Below the pieces are notes generated by a model. It saw only the letters and a list, made by a program, of their open reading frames with translations, had not been told where the DNA came from and did no database searches. Below, one piece after another: positions 52,901 to 64,000 of a stretch of DNA of 64,000 nucleotides. Source of the DNA: Tubiluchus corallicola (lineage: Eukaryota; Animalia; Priapulida); contig JAQGDQ010000612.1 in assembly GCA_030141605.1 (NCBI GenBank), positions 1 through 64,000 of the forward strand, in the 5' to 3' direction. The stretch's first letter is position 1. Every line of letters starts with the position of its first letter. Position numbers and translations under genes: made by a program.

Positions 52901-55900
52901 TTCCAGCAAACATGTTATGGTAAGTATTATCACTCGTGCCGTTCTATTACCTTTCCAGCAAACATGTTATGGTAAGTATTATCAGTCGTGCCATTCTATT
53001 ACCTTTCCAGCAAACATGTTATGGTAAATATTGTCAGTCGAGTCTATCTGTACTATTTAGTTTTTGTTTCATTTCTCAGTCATTATTTGTATAGACGGGT
53101 ACAGCATCGTTTCCTGCTTTGAGTGCTGTGCTCTGTAAAAAGTGATGTATTTGTCTGTCCACAAAGCTGGTTAAAACATTTAGCCTTATCGGCACCATTT
53201 GAGTATTTTCGGTGTGTCTCTCTTATTTTAATTTTACAGTTTTTGCAAGTATCATAATGTAGTGTTATCAGATTTTGCAAATTTTAAAATCTTTAAAAAT
53301 CTTTAAAGACCTTTAAAATTGACATTTTTGATCGGCCTTTTCCAGTAATGTATTAAGACAGACAGCAAATCTGTGTGAAATGTTTCTTTTGTTTACAAGA
53401 GTTCAACTTGTTTTATTCACATTTACACTCGTAAGCAGTAAAAATTACATTTACTAGTGACATTCCACCAAGGTGTCCCAGTCCATTAAGCCAATGTAGA
53501 ATTAGGCTGTTTAGGTTTTCATGAACTCTGCTCTATAAACCCATTCACTTCGCTTGTAAAGAGTTCAACATTTGTGAGCTTCCAATGAAACTAACACCGT
53601 GAGTTTGACGGGTTAAGTCTTTAATCTCTGCCGCAGTTTCTCTTCCGTCCCGCATGTGCCGTCCATCTGAATCATCAATCGTGAAGGGGCGCATAGACAA
53701 ACACTGGTGCCATTTTGTGCTTTATGTGCCACATTTCATGCATAGGAATTTCTTCTTTCTTGTCTCGCAATCCCATAAGTCATTTGTACCAAAGCCTTTA
53801 ACGAAGGAAGCAGTAAGTCAGTTGCTGAATATGCCTATCCTGCTGATAGCAATTTGCTCCTTGTGTTTGGCTTGATTTCCTGTGAAAAAGTAAATAGTGA
53901 AGTGCTGATCAACAGTTTACTATTAACTACACTCAGTATTGACTAACATTATGGCAGACGAAACCACCCAGAATGAACCAAGCAGGCACCCATCCATTCA
54001 CTGACCCGACTTTGTCAGTCGCTAATCACGCACCATGATCACTCGGCTATGTCCTTTGCCTTATTCTTGAAAAGTATAGTGTAATACAGCAATTCATGGC
54101 AAAGAAAGCATTAATTACTGCAAAATGTCTTTCTGCCACACCAAATATATCATGTGTTTTGACTGTTTTTTTAGTAGTTAAGCTACATATTAAAATCGTT
54201 ATTTACTTATGTTGTAGTTTTGATGTGTAGGATTACAATAGAGTCCTTTTTATGGCCTTCATTCCTTTCTTTTGTGGTGTTTTTGTCCTTCTCCTGTTTG
54301 TCTTTTTCGTTTTTCACCCTTTGTTCTCGCTTCTACTTATTTTCTTGCTTTTATTGCTTTTATTTTCTTTATCTTTTTGTAGTGCTTCTTTTCTCCTCTG
54401 TTCTTTTTTGAGCAACAGCAAAAGTTCTTGAAAATGCTATCTTATTCATGGTGATGGTGATGATGATGACAATGACAACGATGACGACAAAGACGATGAT
54501 GGTGATGGTGTGATGATGATGATGACGGTGATGATGATGATGATTCATTTTACTGATTGTTGCTAGTAAACTTGACACTGCTCATTTTAGATTGATGAAG
54601 ATTTGACGGCAAGAGTCAACATGGCCGATGCCAAGTTTAGTTTCCAGGAAAAGGGAAAACTGTTCTCTCCTGCTTGGATGGCTCCCGAATGTAAGTACGG
54701 TATTATACTTCTCCGATCAATTCCTCCCAACGGTTTAAGCCGTATTATAATTTTCTCTTTACATTTCTCCTGACTCCGAGTTTAATTTTAATATAGTCAT
54801 TGGGTGATGAAATTTATTTTTAAAACTGGCTATATGTAAGTGCTACTAAATTTGAAATTTTTGCCATCATTGGGCCGTCAATTTCAACTGACTGTTTGCA
54901 CTTTTTTTCTGTTTTTCATTTACATGTCTCAATATTCAATTTACTACATTAGGTACAATGCTACACTTAGTCATATGGTTACTAGCTGTCAGCGTCGAAC
55001 TTATGAATTGAATTCAAACCTTCAAATTAGATTTGAACGAGTTTTTTAAGTTCAAATCTAAAATTATAGATTCAAATAAATCACCACATTAGCTACGTAT
55101 GTTTGAAACAGCATGCCTTCAGCACAACTTAATTGCAATTTCTGTGTACAGTTTTTAAACAAATTATTAGTTTACTTCAGAACAAAATCAAACAATATGC
55201 AAGATCTTTATATGACCTCTTTTTATTTATAGTTCGAAAATTTATTTGAGTCTTTAAAACTGATTTGGAATTCGATTCGGATTCGAAAATGTGAAATTCG
55301 ATTTGATTGGAGTTCGAAGGTCGCAAATTCGATTCAATTCGAATTCGCTTTGTGGCAGAGAATGCTCATCTCTGACGGTTACCTAATAGAGTAAATATTG
55401 AAATTATACCAATGTTTATTTATTTGTTTGTGTTTAGCTTTGCAGAAGAAGCAGAATGAGATTAACGTTCGTGCAGCTGATATGTGGAGCTTCGCCATCT
55501 TACTCTGGGAGCTGGCTACACGTGAAGTGCCCTTCTCTGACATGAGTGCCATGGAAATAGGAATGAAGGTGAGACTAAGTGTTGAAAAGTAACTTTTTGA
55601 CAGCAAAAAAAATCAATACGGGCGGGCATGTCAATATTACTTTGTTTTTAACTAAAAATTCCTGAGAAAAACAACTTAATCACCATTGTAATTCATGGGT
55701 TTTTCTCTTTACATTGTCATTGATTGTGGTAACCTGCAGCTTAGTCAGTTGTTTGTGCAGCTAGGCACTAGCAAGCTAGTATCCTTCGCTGTACGGCAAA
55801 GTCTGCTTGATGGTATCTGACCGGCAGGCAGAGGTGATTCGACTACGTTCTTGCGTATGGTTAGTAATTGCATAACAATGTACATCTTCCCCTTGCAAAA

Positions 55901-56751
55901 TTTGTGTCTGTAGCCAGAAAGGTATGGCACAAAAAAAGAAACTGCCCAAAAACAGTTTTCTGAACAGGCTCCCATCCAGCTGACCAGGCCCGACGTTATT
56001 TAACTTCTGTCGCTAAACGCTCACTGTGATCACTTTTAGCCCTTTTGCTCGTCAAACAGCATCTGTTGTGTTGTCTTGTAACAAAGTCTGTGACTGTTAG
56101 GTGAGGAGGAGATATATGAACAGTCAAAATGTGTGGTTACTGGCTATAATTAGACAACACTGAGCTTGTTTACAAATGGATTGGTGACTACCAGGAAAAT
56201 GTGACATTTTGCCATGCTGCATTCAGCTATTTATTTACCTTGTGGAGAATGGATGCATGTGCTGCACCGAATGTGACTAACACAACTCTGATGGTTCAAT
56301 ATTGAATTTTAAAGGATTTTCATTGATAATAAAGGAGGTTCCAACCCTGCCACAACCATTATAATAATAAGTGAGTGCTGAATACCAACTTGCAGTTTGC
56401 CAAACTGTGTAAAAAATGAGCTATTGGATTTAGTCTCTTGAAAGTTTTTGTGGAAGTCAGATTCATAGCCATTATTATTTAAGTGCTTATTTGTGGTGTT
56501 TTGGGTGGTATTTCATTTGCTAGAAACCGCAATCCCTTTTTTTCAAAGCTCGAAAGCCGTTTTTTTAATATAATGATGGAAAAATTTGTAATTTTTTATT
56601 CTAGATTGCGCTGGAAGGACTTCGCATCACAATTCCACCAGGCATTTCACCGCACATGGCTAAACTAGTTCGCATCTGCATGAACGAGGATCCGGGCAAG
56701 CGACCGAGCTTTGACATGATTCTTCCTATTCTAGAGAAAATGAAACACTAA
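25319..56751 (+). CDS. ILK: Integrin-linked kinase (ankyrin repeats + pseudokinase), about 448 aa
   Basis: Exons: 25319-25407 ([30 protein letters not shown]), 35569-35734, 41493-41588, 43930-44026, 45397-45477, 45646-45731, 47444-47553, 48571-48692, 49782-49903, 54591-54690 ([10 protein letters not shown]...PAWMAPE), 55438-55568 ([20 protein letters not shown]), 56605-56751 ([24 protein letters not shown]). Total 1347 nt, in frame. Confidence 0.97.
28308..28735. repeat. Direct duplication with about 228-bp period
   Basis: aattattgactaaataactgatatca... begins at 28308 and again at 28536. Confidence 0.9.
29969..30196. repeat. Degenerate 15-bp minisatellite
   Basis: Unit approximately agtggacacttgggc. 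It explains the GHLG-repeat ORF 29978-30226. Confidence 0.9.
33305..33572. repeat. Long inverted repeat (arms about 110 bp) around a (TA)n spacer; foldback or MITE-like
   Basis: 33305-33417 is the near reverse complement of 33462-33572. Both outer ends carry TGACGTCA. Confidence 0.9.
34280..34791 (+). CDS. ILK: Candidate alternative first coding exon of ILK (170 aa, acidic)
   Basis: GC-richer stop-free ORF in intron 1 ending CTA AAT GTT GG|gtatat. This is phase 2, the same as canonical exon 1 (CTG AAC CAA GG|gtaagc), and joins exon 2 as ...[16 protein letters not shown]. Confidence 0.7.
34852..34972. repeat. Compound trinucleotide microsatellite (ATT/AGT/ATC)
   Basis: Visible runs that explain the homopolymeric ORF 34617-35012. 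Confidence 0.9.
35421..35560. repeat. Degenerate repeat of about 26 bp, about 5 copies, abutting the ILK exon-2 acceptor
   Basis: Unit approximately cagtttcatttttgtacggttaacat, running into the polypyrimidine tract. Confidence 0.75.
36638..36790. mobile_element. Kolobok/T2-like MITE, partial copy D
   Basis: Starts TTAA|aggagaagaaaag and shares tagttagtg...gtgcgcta...aatgttct...aaaatggctgcg with copies A and C. Confidence 0.55.
37793..39033. repeat. Minisatellite, 73-bp unit, about 17 copies, ILK intron 2
   Basis: Unit ttattacgcacgcccgctagtgctgccaccaccaccatgtacctgctattcgtacactattctgtgcacttga. Confidence 0.97.
42638..42713. repeat. (TG)n/(CGTG)n microsatellite
   Basis: Alternating purine-pyrimidine run. 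Confidence 0.9.
46687..47077. repeat. Minisatellite, 26-bp unit, about 15 copies, ILK intron 6
   Basis: Unit tactgatgtagcgtaggctgggtttg. Confidence 0.95.
48751..48948. repeat. Tandem duplication of about 97 bp
   Basis: atgaatctgaat.tacatgtgaatgatgtggcttgtggatagg... begins at 48751 and 48848. Confidence 0.9.
49298..49468. repeat. 33-bp repeat, about 5 copies
   Basis: Unit ggattgaaattcttaagttttctaaggtttttg. Confidence 0.85.
49871..53040 (+). repeat. Tandem array, 52-bp unit x 61, built from the ILK exon-9 3' end plus its 5' splice site
   Basis: Unit ccattctattacctttccagcaaacatgttatg|gtaagtattatcagtcgtg. First unit at 49871 (inside the exon), last at 52991; 3120/52 = 60 intervals. Confidence 0.98.
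54447..54544. repeat. (GAT/GAC/GGT)n microsatellite
   Basis: Explains the poly-His ORF 54369-54578. Confidence 0.9.
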
Positions 56752-59700
56752 TTTCAAAACACGCTGACGACGAGAGGCCCTCTCGGCAATGTCGGCCTGT
56801 TCCTACGCAAGAACTCGCTGCATAAATGGTCAACTTGGATGCAAGTGTGATTTATCTTTCGTATAACCCGAGAGAAGGGTTTGTTTTACACTTCTTAATC
56901 ATGTATTTATTCGTTTCTTGGCAGAAAAACCGGAAATGAAAACAGTTTATACAACAGAGTGAATAAACATTAATTGTCGTTGTTAAGTATAGTGCTTTGC
57001 AGGACACAGGGTTTTAGCATTTTTATTCTCAATAGATGGCAGTTGCATCAGTGCACCTGTGCTGAAAAATGATGGCATTTATTACTGCAAAGTATTTTAT
57101 TGTATCTCGTGTTTCGTGTTATTATTAGATACTCTTTTTAATACTGATTATGCTACTCGATTCTTTGATGCTAATAAGTCACAGTGGGATGCTGAGAGCT
57201 GATTCAGTTTTCAACATTTTAGTGTTTAAACTTTAGTCATTAAGTACTTGTAAAATGTACATGTTTATGAGAGTCAGTGTATCTGTATTGCTGTAGGCTT
57301 AAATGTCCCAACACTTTGTAAATTTTCGAAACCTGCTAACAGAATGTATCTCTGATGCAGCAGACTTATTTTTGCCGTTTCTCGAATTATGCTAACTATT
57401 TAAGGGTTGTCAATTTTGTCTTGTGCGAATTATGTATGTATTGTAATTGTATTAACTAGTTAATGGCATTTGGATTTAAGTATAGGATTACAGTTAGATT
57501 AAACTAGGTCTAGTTAAATGCATGCACACTACTGTCTCACTAGAATTTGCCAAATGACTATATTGCCTTTGTTGTCATTACATTGTTCGTAATGTACTAT
57601 GGCAGTGCTTGAAAGCTGCTTTGACAATTACTGGGTCCCTGCTGTTTTTACCGCCAGCTTTGTCTAAATTATTGTTTTTCAAAGGTAAAATCGTTAATCA
57701 AGAAATTTTCCGATTTTATTTACCTGTTTTCAGTCACTTTAATTGCATTTTTTACCTGTTATACATACATCATTTTATTGGTTATTAGTTAAAATATGTT
57801 GACATGTAAATGGCGCAATGGCTGTTGTTGGACACCGGGCAGTCAGTGGTCAAGTTAGTTAAACCAGTGTGATATATTAACAGAGTGGAACAGCTGGACT
57901 GCCATCGTGGATCTGTTAGTGTTAAGCCTATAATATCCACCTATTGGTGAATTCTTGGGTTGATTTTTCAAAGTAAATTTTTGCATTTGTACCATGATAC
58001 AAATTGCATTTTAACTCTCATTGGTTATGTGTGAGATAACATGTTTCTTTATCTCCTCGATCAGTAGGGAGTAATTTTCCGTACTTACCCATATTCAAAC
58101 TACCATGTAGTTCTATTTCGTGTCAAAATTTTATTTCGAAACATCAAGTGTCGACTCTTATGCCAGGATTGGTTTTTACGCTGTATGTGTTAATTTCATG
58201 ATACAGAATTTAATAGTAATTGCACTGCAACGGAGTTATGGACGTTTGATTCTATTGTACGGTGTATGTTTTTGAAGAGTCTTAATTTGTGTACATGTAA
58301 GCATTTACGTAAGTTGATGTTTCTTTGTAAAATTTCGCCACCAGCTTTCATGACACTGAATGGAATACATACTAGATTATGAGTTTAAATATTGTTTACC
58401 AATAGGTCTTAAACAGCGTTTATTAACTCCTGCTTTGCATACCATCGTGTAGACTTGCTTCACAAGCCTTTTTCACTACACTTGTTGTTAAGCATTTACA
58501 ATAATATTATAAATATTGGCATGTAATTTGGAGCATTTTAGTAATTAGCCAAAATGTGTAGTCATTTTGCACGGGTTCTGCTTCTAGGATATCTAGCCTG
58601 TAGTTAGTTACTTTCATATTCTATTATTAAAATGCACAGTTTCTACTAGTATTGTAATTGCCATGCACTGTTGGATACTGTGTGCACCTTGTGAATATCA
58701 TGGCATTTTAAAAATTGATAAATTAACACTGTTTGTTATTTATTTAATAATAATATATATATTTTTATAGACACAGATTATTTTAATTGGAAAAGCTTCC
58801 ATTTTGCAAAAAAGTTTAGTGGATAGGCTTACATCAAACATGCATGTTAGCTATCAATTATTAAAGATAGATAAACTTCTGTTTAGGAAATACAATTTTG
58901 TATCTTAGTTAGGTGAATTTTATAATAATAATAATGAGCTACAACTTGACTGAGGTTTTGAGAGTTTTGTAAATTAGTTGAGTTCAAAATGTGAATAACA
59001 GAATTTTAAAATTGTGTAATTTACAAGTGTTTGTAATATTCAAAGCCTTGGGGGGGAAATGCCTGTATGTCTGCACATCTGAGTTTGGAGCGATATTTTG
59101 AAATCAGAAGTGGTAATAAACCGTAGGTTTTGTTTAACAATATTTGCTTGTTTGTTTGAAATGTTGCTTAGAGTTGAAGATTTGCAATTACGAAAATAAT
59201 TAATTAGTCTAACAGCTTTAGTAAAATAAAGGGATGAAAATTGTGGTTAAGCAAAAAAAATCAAAGAAAGTTGTTTAAAAAACAAGTCTGTAAAGTTTTA
59301 ACCAAAATATCAATGCAATATATATACAGAAATAAGACAATTCGGTATACCCATTAACATAACTCTGCCGTCCAGGTCATTGTCGTAATGACTGTTACAG
59401 CGTATTGTGGACACTAGGCAGGCAAAATTCAAAAATAAACGATCTCCACCATTTAGAAAGGTAAGCAGCAGTAACCCAGCAAGAAATTAGTCGTTGCTAT
59501 GCCACTGGCTTGTCACCACCACTTCCCTTCCAGATGTAGGCATATGGACAATTGTGTTCTTTTTGAATTATGTTGGTTCAATTCAATTCAGTTTTATTTG
59601 CACAAATACATACACTGTACATTGGCAAAGCAATACACGTTAAATACTACATAACCCGTTAAATACTACATAAACCGGCTGTGCAAAGTTATTTTCATAA

Positions 59701-60279
59701 ACAAATGTTAAGATATGGTATACTAATACTAACATCACAGTTACATAAAATTGTATAACTTAGCAATGGAAAAATAAAAATGACCTAAAAGTAGTTAGTA
59801 TTTGTACCAGCTTTTCAAATGAAATTGGTTAAATTCAGTGGTTAAGAAACGAATTATGGTCTTAAAAATAATACACTGCAAAAAGTGTCTTACTAGCCGT
59901 CCAACTTTTCATTAACAATATCGTAATATTCCGTTCGTTATGACGTGTAAATGATAAATGCCATAAGCTTTATTTTTACGGGCTATGCCCAAGGAGTTGC
60001 TTTTCATTTGATTTACATGACGACAGGTTGCAGCACCTTTCTAGTGCAGTACGTAAAGCTTCTTTTTATCTACTTGCAAGAAGACTATTTATTGGTTAAG
60101 GCGCTTTTACTAGACAGGCGCTCTTAATTGTTCAATAACGCTTAAGAAACGTTTGGAACAAACCGTTATACATAAAAATATTTATCTCCAAATTGTTTAT
60201 CAGACAAGCGCTTCTACGTGAAAAAATGTGAACTGAAATTTGCAAAAACCGCAATAAAATTGCAAAAGTAAAGAAAAAC

Positions 60280-60425
60280 CTCTTAGCCAATCACATCGGA
60301 CCTTCCATATAGTACCCTTCTTGTTGAGGCAGTTCGGCGAATTCGCGCATTTTTTGTGACATGACGCGATGATGGTCCTTTATTGATAATTTCAGTGAAA
60401 TTTACGGATAGACTTAAGGTAAACT
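60280..60425 (+). promoter_or_regulatory. Probable PDS5 promoter and non-coding first exon
   Basis: CCAAT near 60287, a CpG-richer patch, a candidate donor aag|gtaaac near 60419, and acceptor tacatag| at 63020 upstream of the ATG. Inferred only. Confidence 0.4.
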
Positions 60426-61573
60426 GTGTATCACATTTTCTTGCTACGCATCTGCTTGCGTCCTCGGCTATAAATTTTCAAATTTGTTCACGGTTTGATA
60501 GTAAAACTGGCTGTCATTTTGATCATATCTGTCTGTCCATCAGCCGTCCATGTAAATGTTGCTGTGGCTGCCATCTTGTGTTTGCTGAAGTAGGCTTGTC
60601 TGTTCTGTATAATGTAATTTCTAGTGTGAAGCCAGTTGGTGGCTTAATTAATATAGCTTGTTTTATGCTTTGATTAGGTTAATACACATTTTAATTGTTA
60701 AATTTCTGCGGAAACAGGAGTGTTTGTATGGTCTTGTTGATTGTCTTTGACAACAGATGGCTCCACGAAGTTCTTAATTTGTAGTTCTTTTTCTGGTTAT
60801 TTACTATGCTAAATGACTTTTAGTAGCTTACTTTACAGTGTAGGTAATATCTGCAGTCACTGCAGTTTTGAAAATAACTTGTCAAGCTTCATTGTTCTAC
60901 TGTAAATGCTTTGTCAAAAGCAGGGCATTTTAGTACTTGAAACGACCACTAGAGGGTAGCACAAATTTAATGTCACTAAATGACACTAGCTTTAAAAATT
61001 GAAAATCACAAGTGTTGATCAATTATGTAGCTAGTCAGTTGTGCAGCAAGCTATAGCTGAGCAAGTTGACATTCCTGACATTACAACCTCCTGTAATTTC
61101 TGCAAAATTTCCAGATTTTGCTAATGTTTCCCGTCCCTCCAAAAATATTTATCCAGTTAGGTTTCACCTACTTAAAAAAAATAAAAAATGCTGTCCTCCT
61201 TGCTGTGACAAGAAGTATAACATTCTACCGTAAGTCTTACAGAAATGTACTTTGTCTGCTTTACTACCCTCATAGTTGGCAAGAGGAAGGGAACAAGATG
61301 AGCTAGGCTTCACACAGAATTCTCTTAGAAAGTGCGGGTTATAAGCTTCCTTACCAGTGTGAGGCAAAGTTCCATGGCAGATCCTGAGCTCTACTTGGGC
61401 GACAGTAGAGCATCCCCCCGAGCTTGCAGACCCTCGTAGTCAATATGTACTTTCTCTGCACCTGATGAAATTTAAAAATGTGTTAATTATTTCTAATTTC
61501 AAAACTTGATGAATGGTTTTGTGTAGCCATAATTAAAAGTAAAGAGGTAGTTAATCATAGCAAAATTTATTAG

Positions 61574-62296
61574 TAGGGTTGCGACCTCGTCCCAAACCGA
61601 AATCGGGAGTCAAGAACCAGCTTAGAGGTTTGAAGTAATGCTGAAACCAATACAATTTTCTGTATTTTAGACATTTCATAAGGCCTTTTTTCTGAAATAA
61701 AAATCAAGAAATTTAAACTACAAAGTAGTACTGTACATGTTTCTTGATTTTATATTCTAAAAAAGCCCTAAACATCTAAAATTTGCAAAGTTACATGCAG
61801 TACATCAATTTTTGGAATTCCTTCCCACTCCCAGTGTAACCTAGGTTTTTAGAGATCAAATTATGTAGCACTTTATATCATGTGATTTAAACTCAATATT
61901 CTTTTCCAAGCTTTTGTTATTAAGGCCGGTAAATCTCACGCGGTTAATTTTCTTAAGCAAAGTGGGCATATCGCCCAAAATTGCTTGCATTTGACTTGCT
62001 CCTGCAGCAAAAAATGATGAAAAATTTACACGGGGTGAAAATATGAAGCCTTACAATAGATTAAACTTCATTTAATAAATTTACTGTTATCTTAACAGAG
62101 AGCCTGCTGCTTTTAGCGTAACCTAGACAAAGTTTCAATAGCATGCAAGTCATATTTCAGTATTTTAACTTACTTATTTTTCAAAGCAATGGTCAAAATG
62201 AAGAGATTTCAGAATTTTCAAAAATCTGACCGAACTACGGATCTATGCCCGAATTTCGGGACACTCCGGGCCGGATCCCGAATGGTAGCAATCCTA
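61574..62296. mobile_element. hAT-like non-autonomous element
   Basis: TIRs tagggttgc ... gcaatccta, 8-bp flanks tttattag / tttgttag, subterminal tcggga motifs at both ends. Confidence 0.75.
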
Positions 62297-63068
62297 TTTG
62301 TTAGCATTAACGATATTTCGGGAAACTCCCTCTGCTCCCTTCATCAGGTTACATATTTAAAATTACTCACATACAATTCCAGCATGTAATTTAATTTAAA
62401 CACAGTAAACGATTTTCCATTTACTCTGAATTAAAAAGTTACGTTCTGGAATTTTACGTGATTAATTTTCTGTAACTTGTTGTAAGAGCAGTGATTTCCC
62501 AAAATATCATTAATACTAATAAACCTTTTTGTGGTTAACTATTTCTTTATTATTATTCCTAATTTTGTTTACAAGAAAAAATACATTTGGAATTTTATCT
62601 ATGTACTAAATTACTAATGTCAGCTTAAACTAAATCGTTTATATGTCTTTTAACCGTTTCTGCATTTGTCTTGTCAAGCCAAATATTATCTTTTTATCAT
62701 CTAGGCAATAATTTTGGCAGCAGGAGAGGTAAACATTATTTTTGTTATCGTTTTACTTTCTATCTTAAATTACAAGTGCTTATGAAATGAAAGAATGAAT
62801 TGCATTTAACACTAGAACGACTCGTCTAATAATTGTTAGTCCCTAAACTTTTCAGTACCACTGGGAGGAAATTTAGTCAACCCGGACGTGTGGCTGATTG
62901 CCTGCTCTTTTCAATTATTAACCAGACTGAGCATTGCTTAATTTAAATGGAAGCCCAATTTAGAACTAATTTTTTATTATATTATCTGTTTGTGTTACTT
63001 ACATACCTCCTGTTACATAGGTACTGTTAATTACATCAGCCGGTTTGTGCTGAACTGACACCGCAACC

Positions 63069-63927
63069 ATGCCGAAAGCTTTAGCGAAGCGAGCGACAAA
63101 GACGGTCATTTATCCACCGGGATGTAAGGAAGTCGATGAGAATATGAGCACGGATGAGCTGATTCGCCGTCTCAAAGTAAGTATATGGCTGAGAACTGCA
63201 AAAGTACCAGTCCTGTAGCAGCCGGTAAATGATTTTGATTGGTAAATGACTCCACTCGATTGGTCTTAAGAAATCAGGTAGCAGTTTAACTGCAGTGAAT
63301 TACTCTTATGTTATTCCTTATTCTGAATTGTTATTCAAAGCGAGGTGAGTAGTCAAGTGGTCACTGTGTGTATCTTACGATCAAAGCTAAGCAGCAGCTA
63401 ACCTAATCAGTAAATGATTCACGATCACCTTGTGTTCAATTCGAATCTAAAATCGTGGATTCGAATAATTCGGCGTTTCAGCTACAAATTTTTTATCATT
63501 AAAAATGTTTGAAGCAGCTTGCAATTAACACAGTTTAGCTGCAATTTGCATACGCAATTGAGCAGATTATCAGTTTTTCTACTGCAGAACAGAGTCAAGT
63601 AATGTGCATGGTCTCTACAAGACCGCTTTTTATTCGAAAATCTTAAAAACTGAATTCGATTTGGATTCGAAATTTTAAATTCGAGTTACAAAACGGAAGC
63701 AGTAAACTCAAATGCTGTATTGATTTTGATAGAGCTGCGCAAGGGCATTCCAAGATATGGAGCAGACAGATAATTCCGAATACACAGAACTAGCTGTCCT
63801 CCTGGCAAGCGAGGGATTCTTAGAACACGAGAATAAAGATGTACGTTTGTTAGCGGCTTGCTGTATTGCGGATGTGTTCCGCGTCTTTGCACCAGAAGCG
63901 CCCTATAAAGATCCATCACAGTTAAAG
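63069..63927 (+). CDS. PDS5: Sister chromatid cohesion protein PDS5 (5' part; continues beyond the window)
   Basis: Exon 63069-63176 MPKALAKRATKTVIYPPGCKEVDENMSTDELIRRLK and exon 63733-63927 SCARAFQDME...HENKDVRLLAACCIADVFRVFAPEAPYKDPSQLK match the PDS5A/B N-terminus. Confidence 0.95.
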
Positions 63928-64000
63928 GTTTGTGTTTTTGTGACTTTTACTTTCTGTGCTTTTGCTCTAATTCTTGAAGCAAGATTGTTGAAATATATTG

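Noticed and set aside
49871-53040. CRISPR-like appearance of the 52-bp array
   Set aside because: There are no unique spacers or cas genes, the context is a eukaryotic intron, and the unit derives from the ILK exon junction.
54990-55350. ttcgaa/gattcg-rich patches (also 63430-63690) as heat-shock elements
   Set aside because: More likely remnants of a dispersed repeat; I could not define the termini.

Overview
AT-rich, intron-rich genomic DNA from an animal, most likely an invertebrate bilaterian. It is not prokaryotic, and most ORF-track entries are spurious or exon fragments. I rebuilt five spliced genes by hand from GT-AG boundaries and frame continuity: a UCHL1/UCHL3-type deubiquitinase (- strand, 3' end off the window), VAMP7 (+, complete), RRP8 (-, complete), ILK (+, complete, 12 coding exons) and the first two coding exons of PDS5 (+). 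UCH/VAMP7 and RRP8/ILK are head-to-head pairs. Introns hold MITEs (Kolobok-, Tc1/mariner- and hAT-like, some nested) and minisatellites. Three things stand out. (1) A 61 x 52-bp array in ILK intron 9 copies the exon-9 end plus its splice donor, so each unit reads as acceptor, 13-nt microexon, donor. (2) A candidate alternative first exon of ILK encodes 170 acidic residues that splice in phase onto exon 2 and replace ankyrin repeat 1. (3) An orphan Spire FYVE-like fragment lies antisense inside a UCH intron. Family assignments rest on recalled sequence similarity, not database searches.
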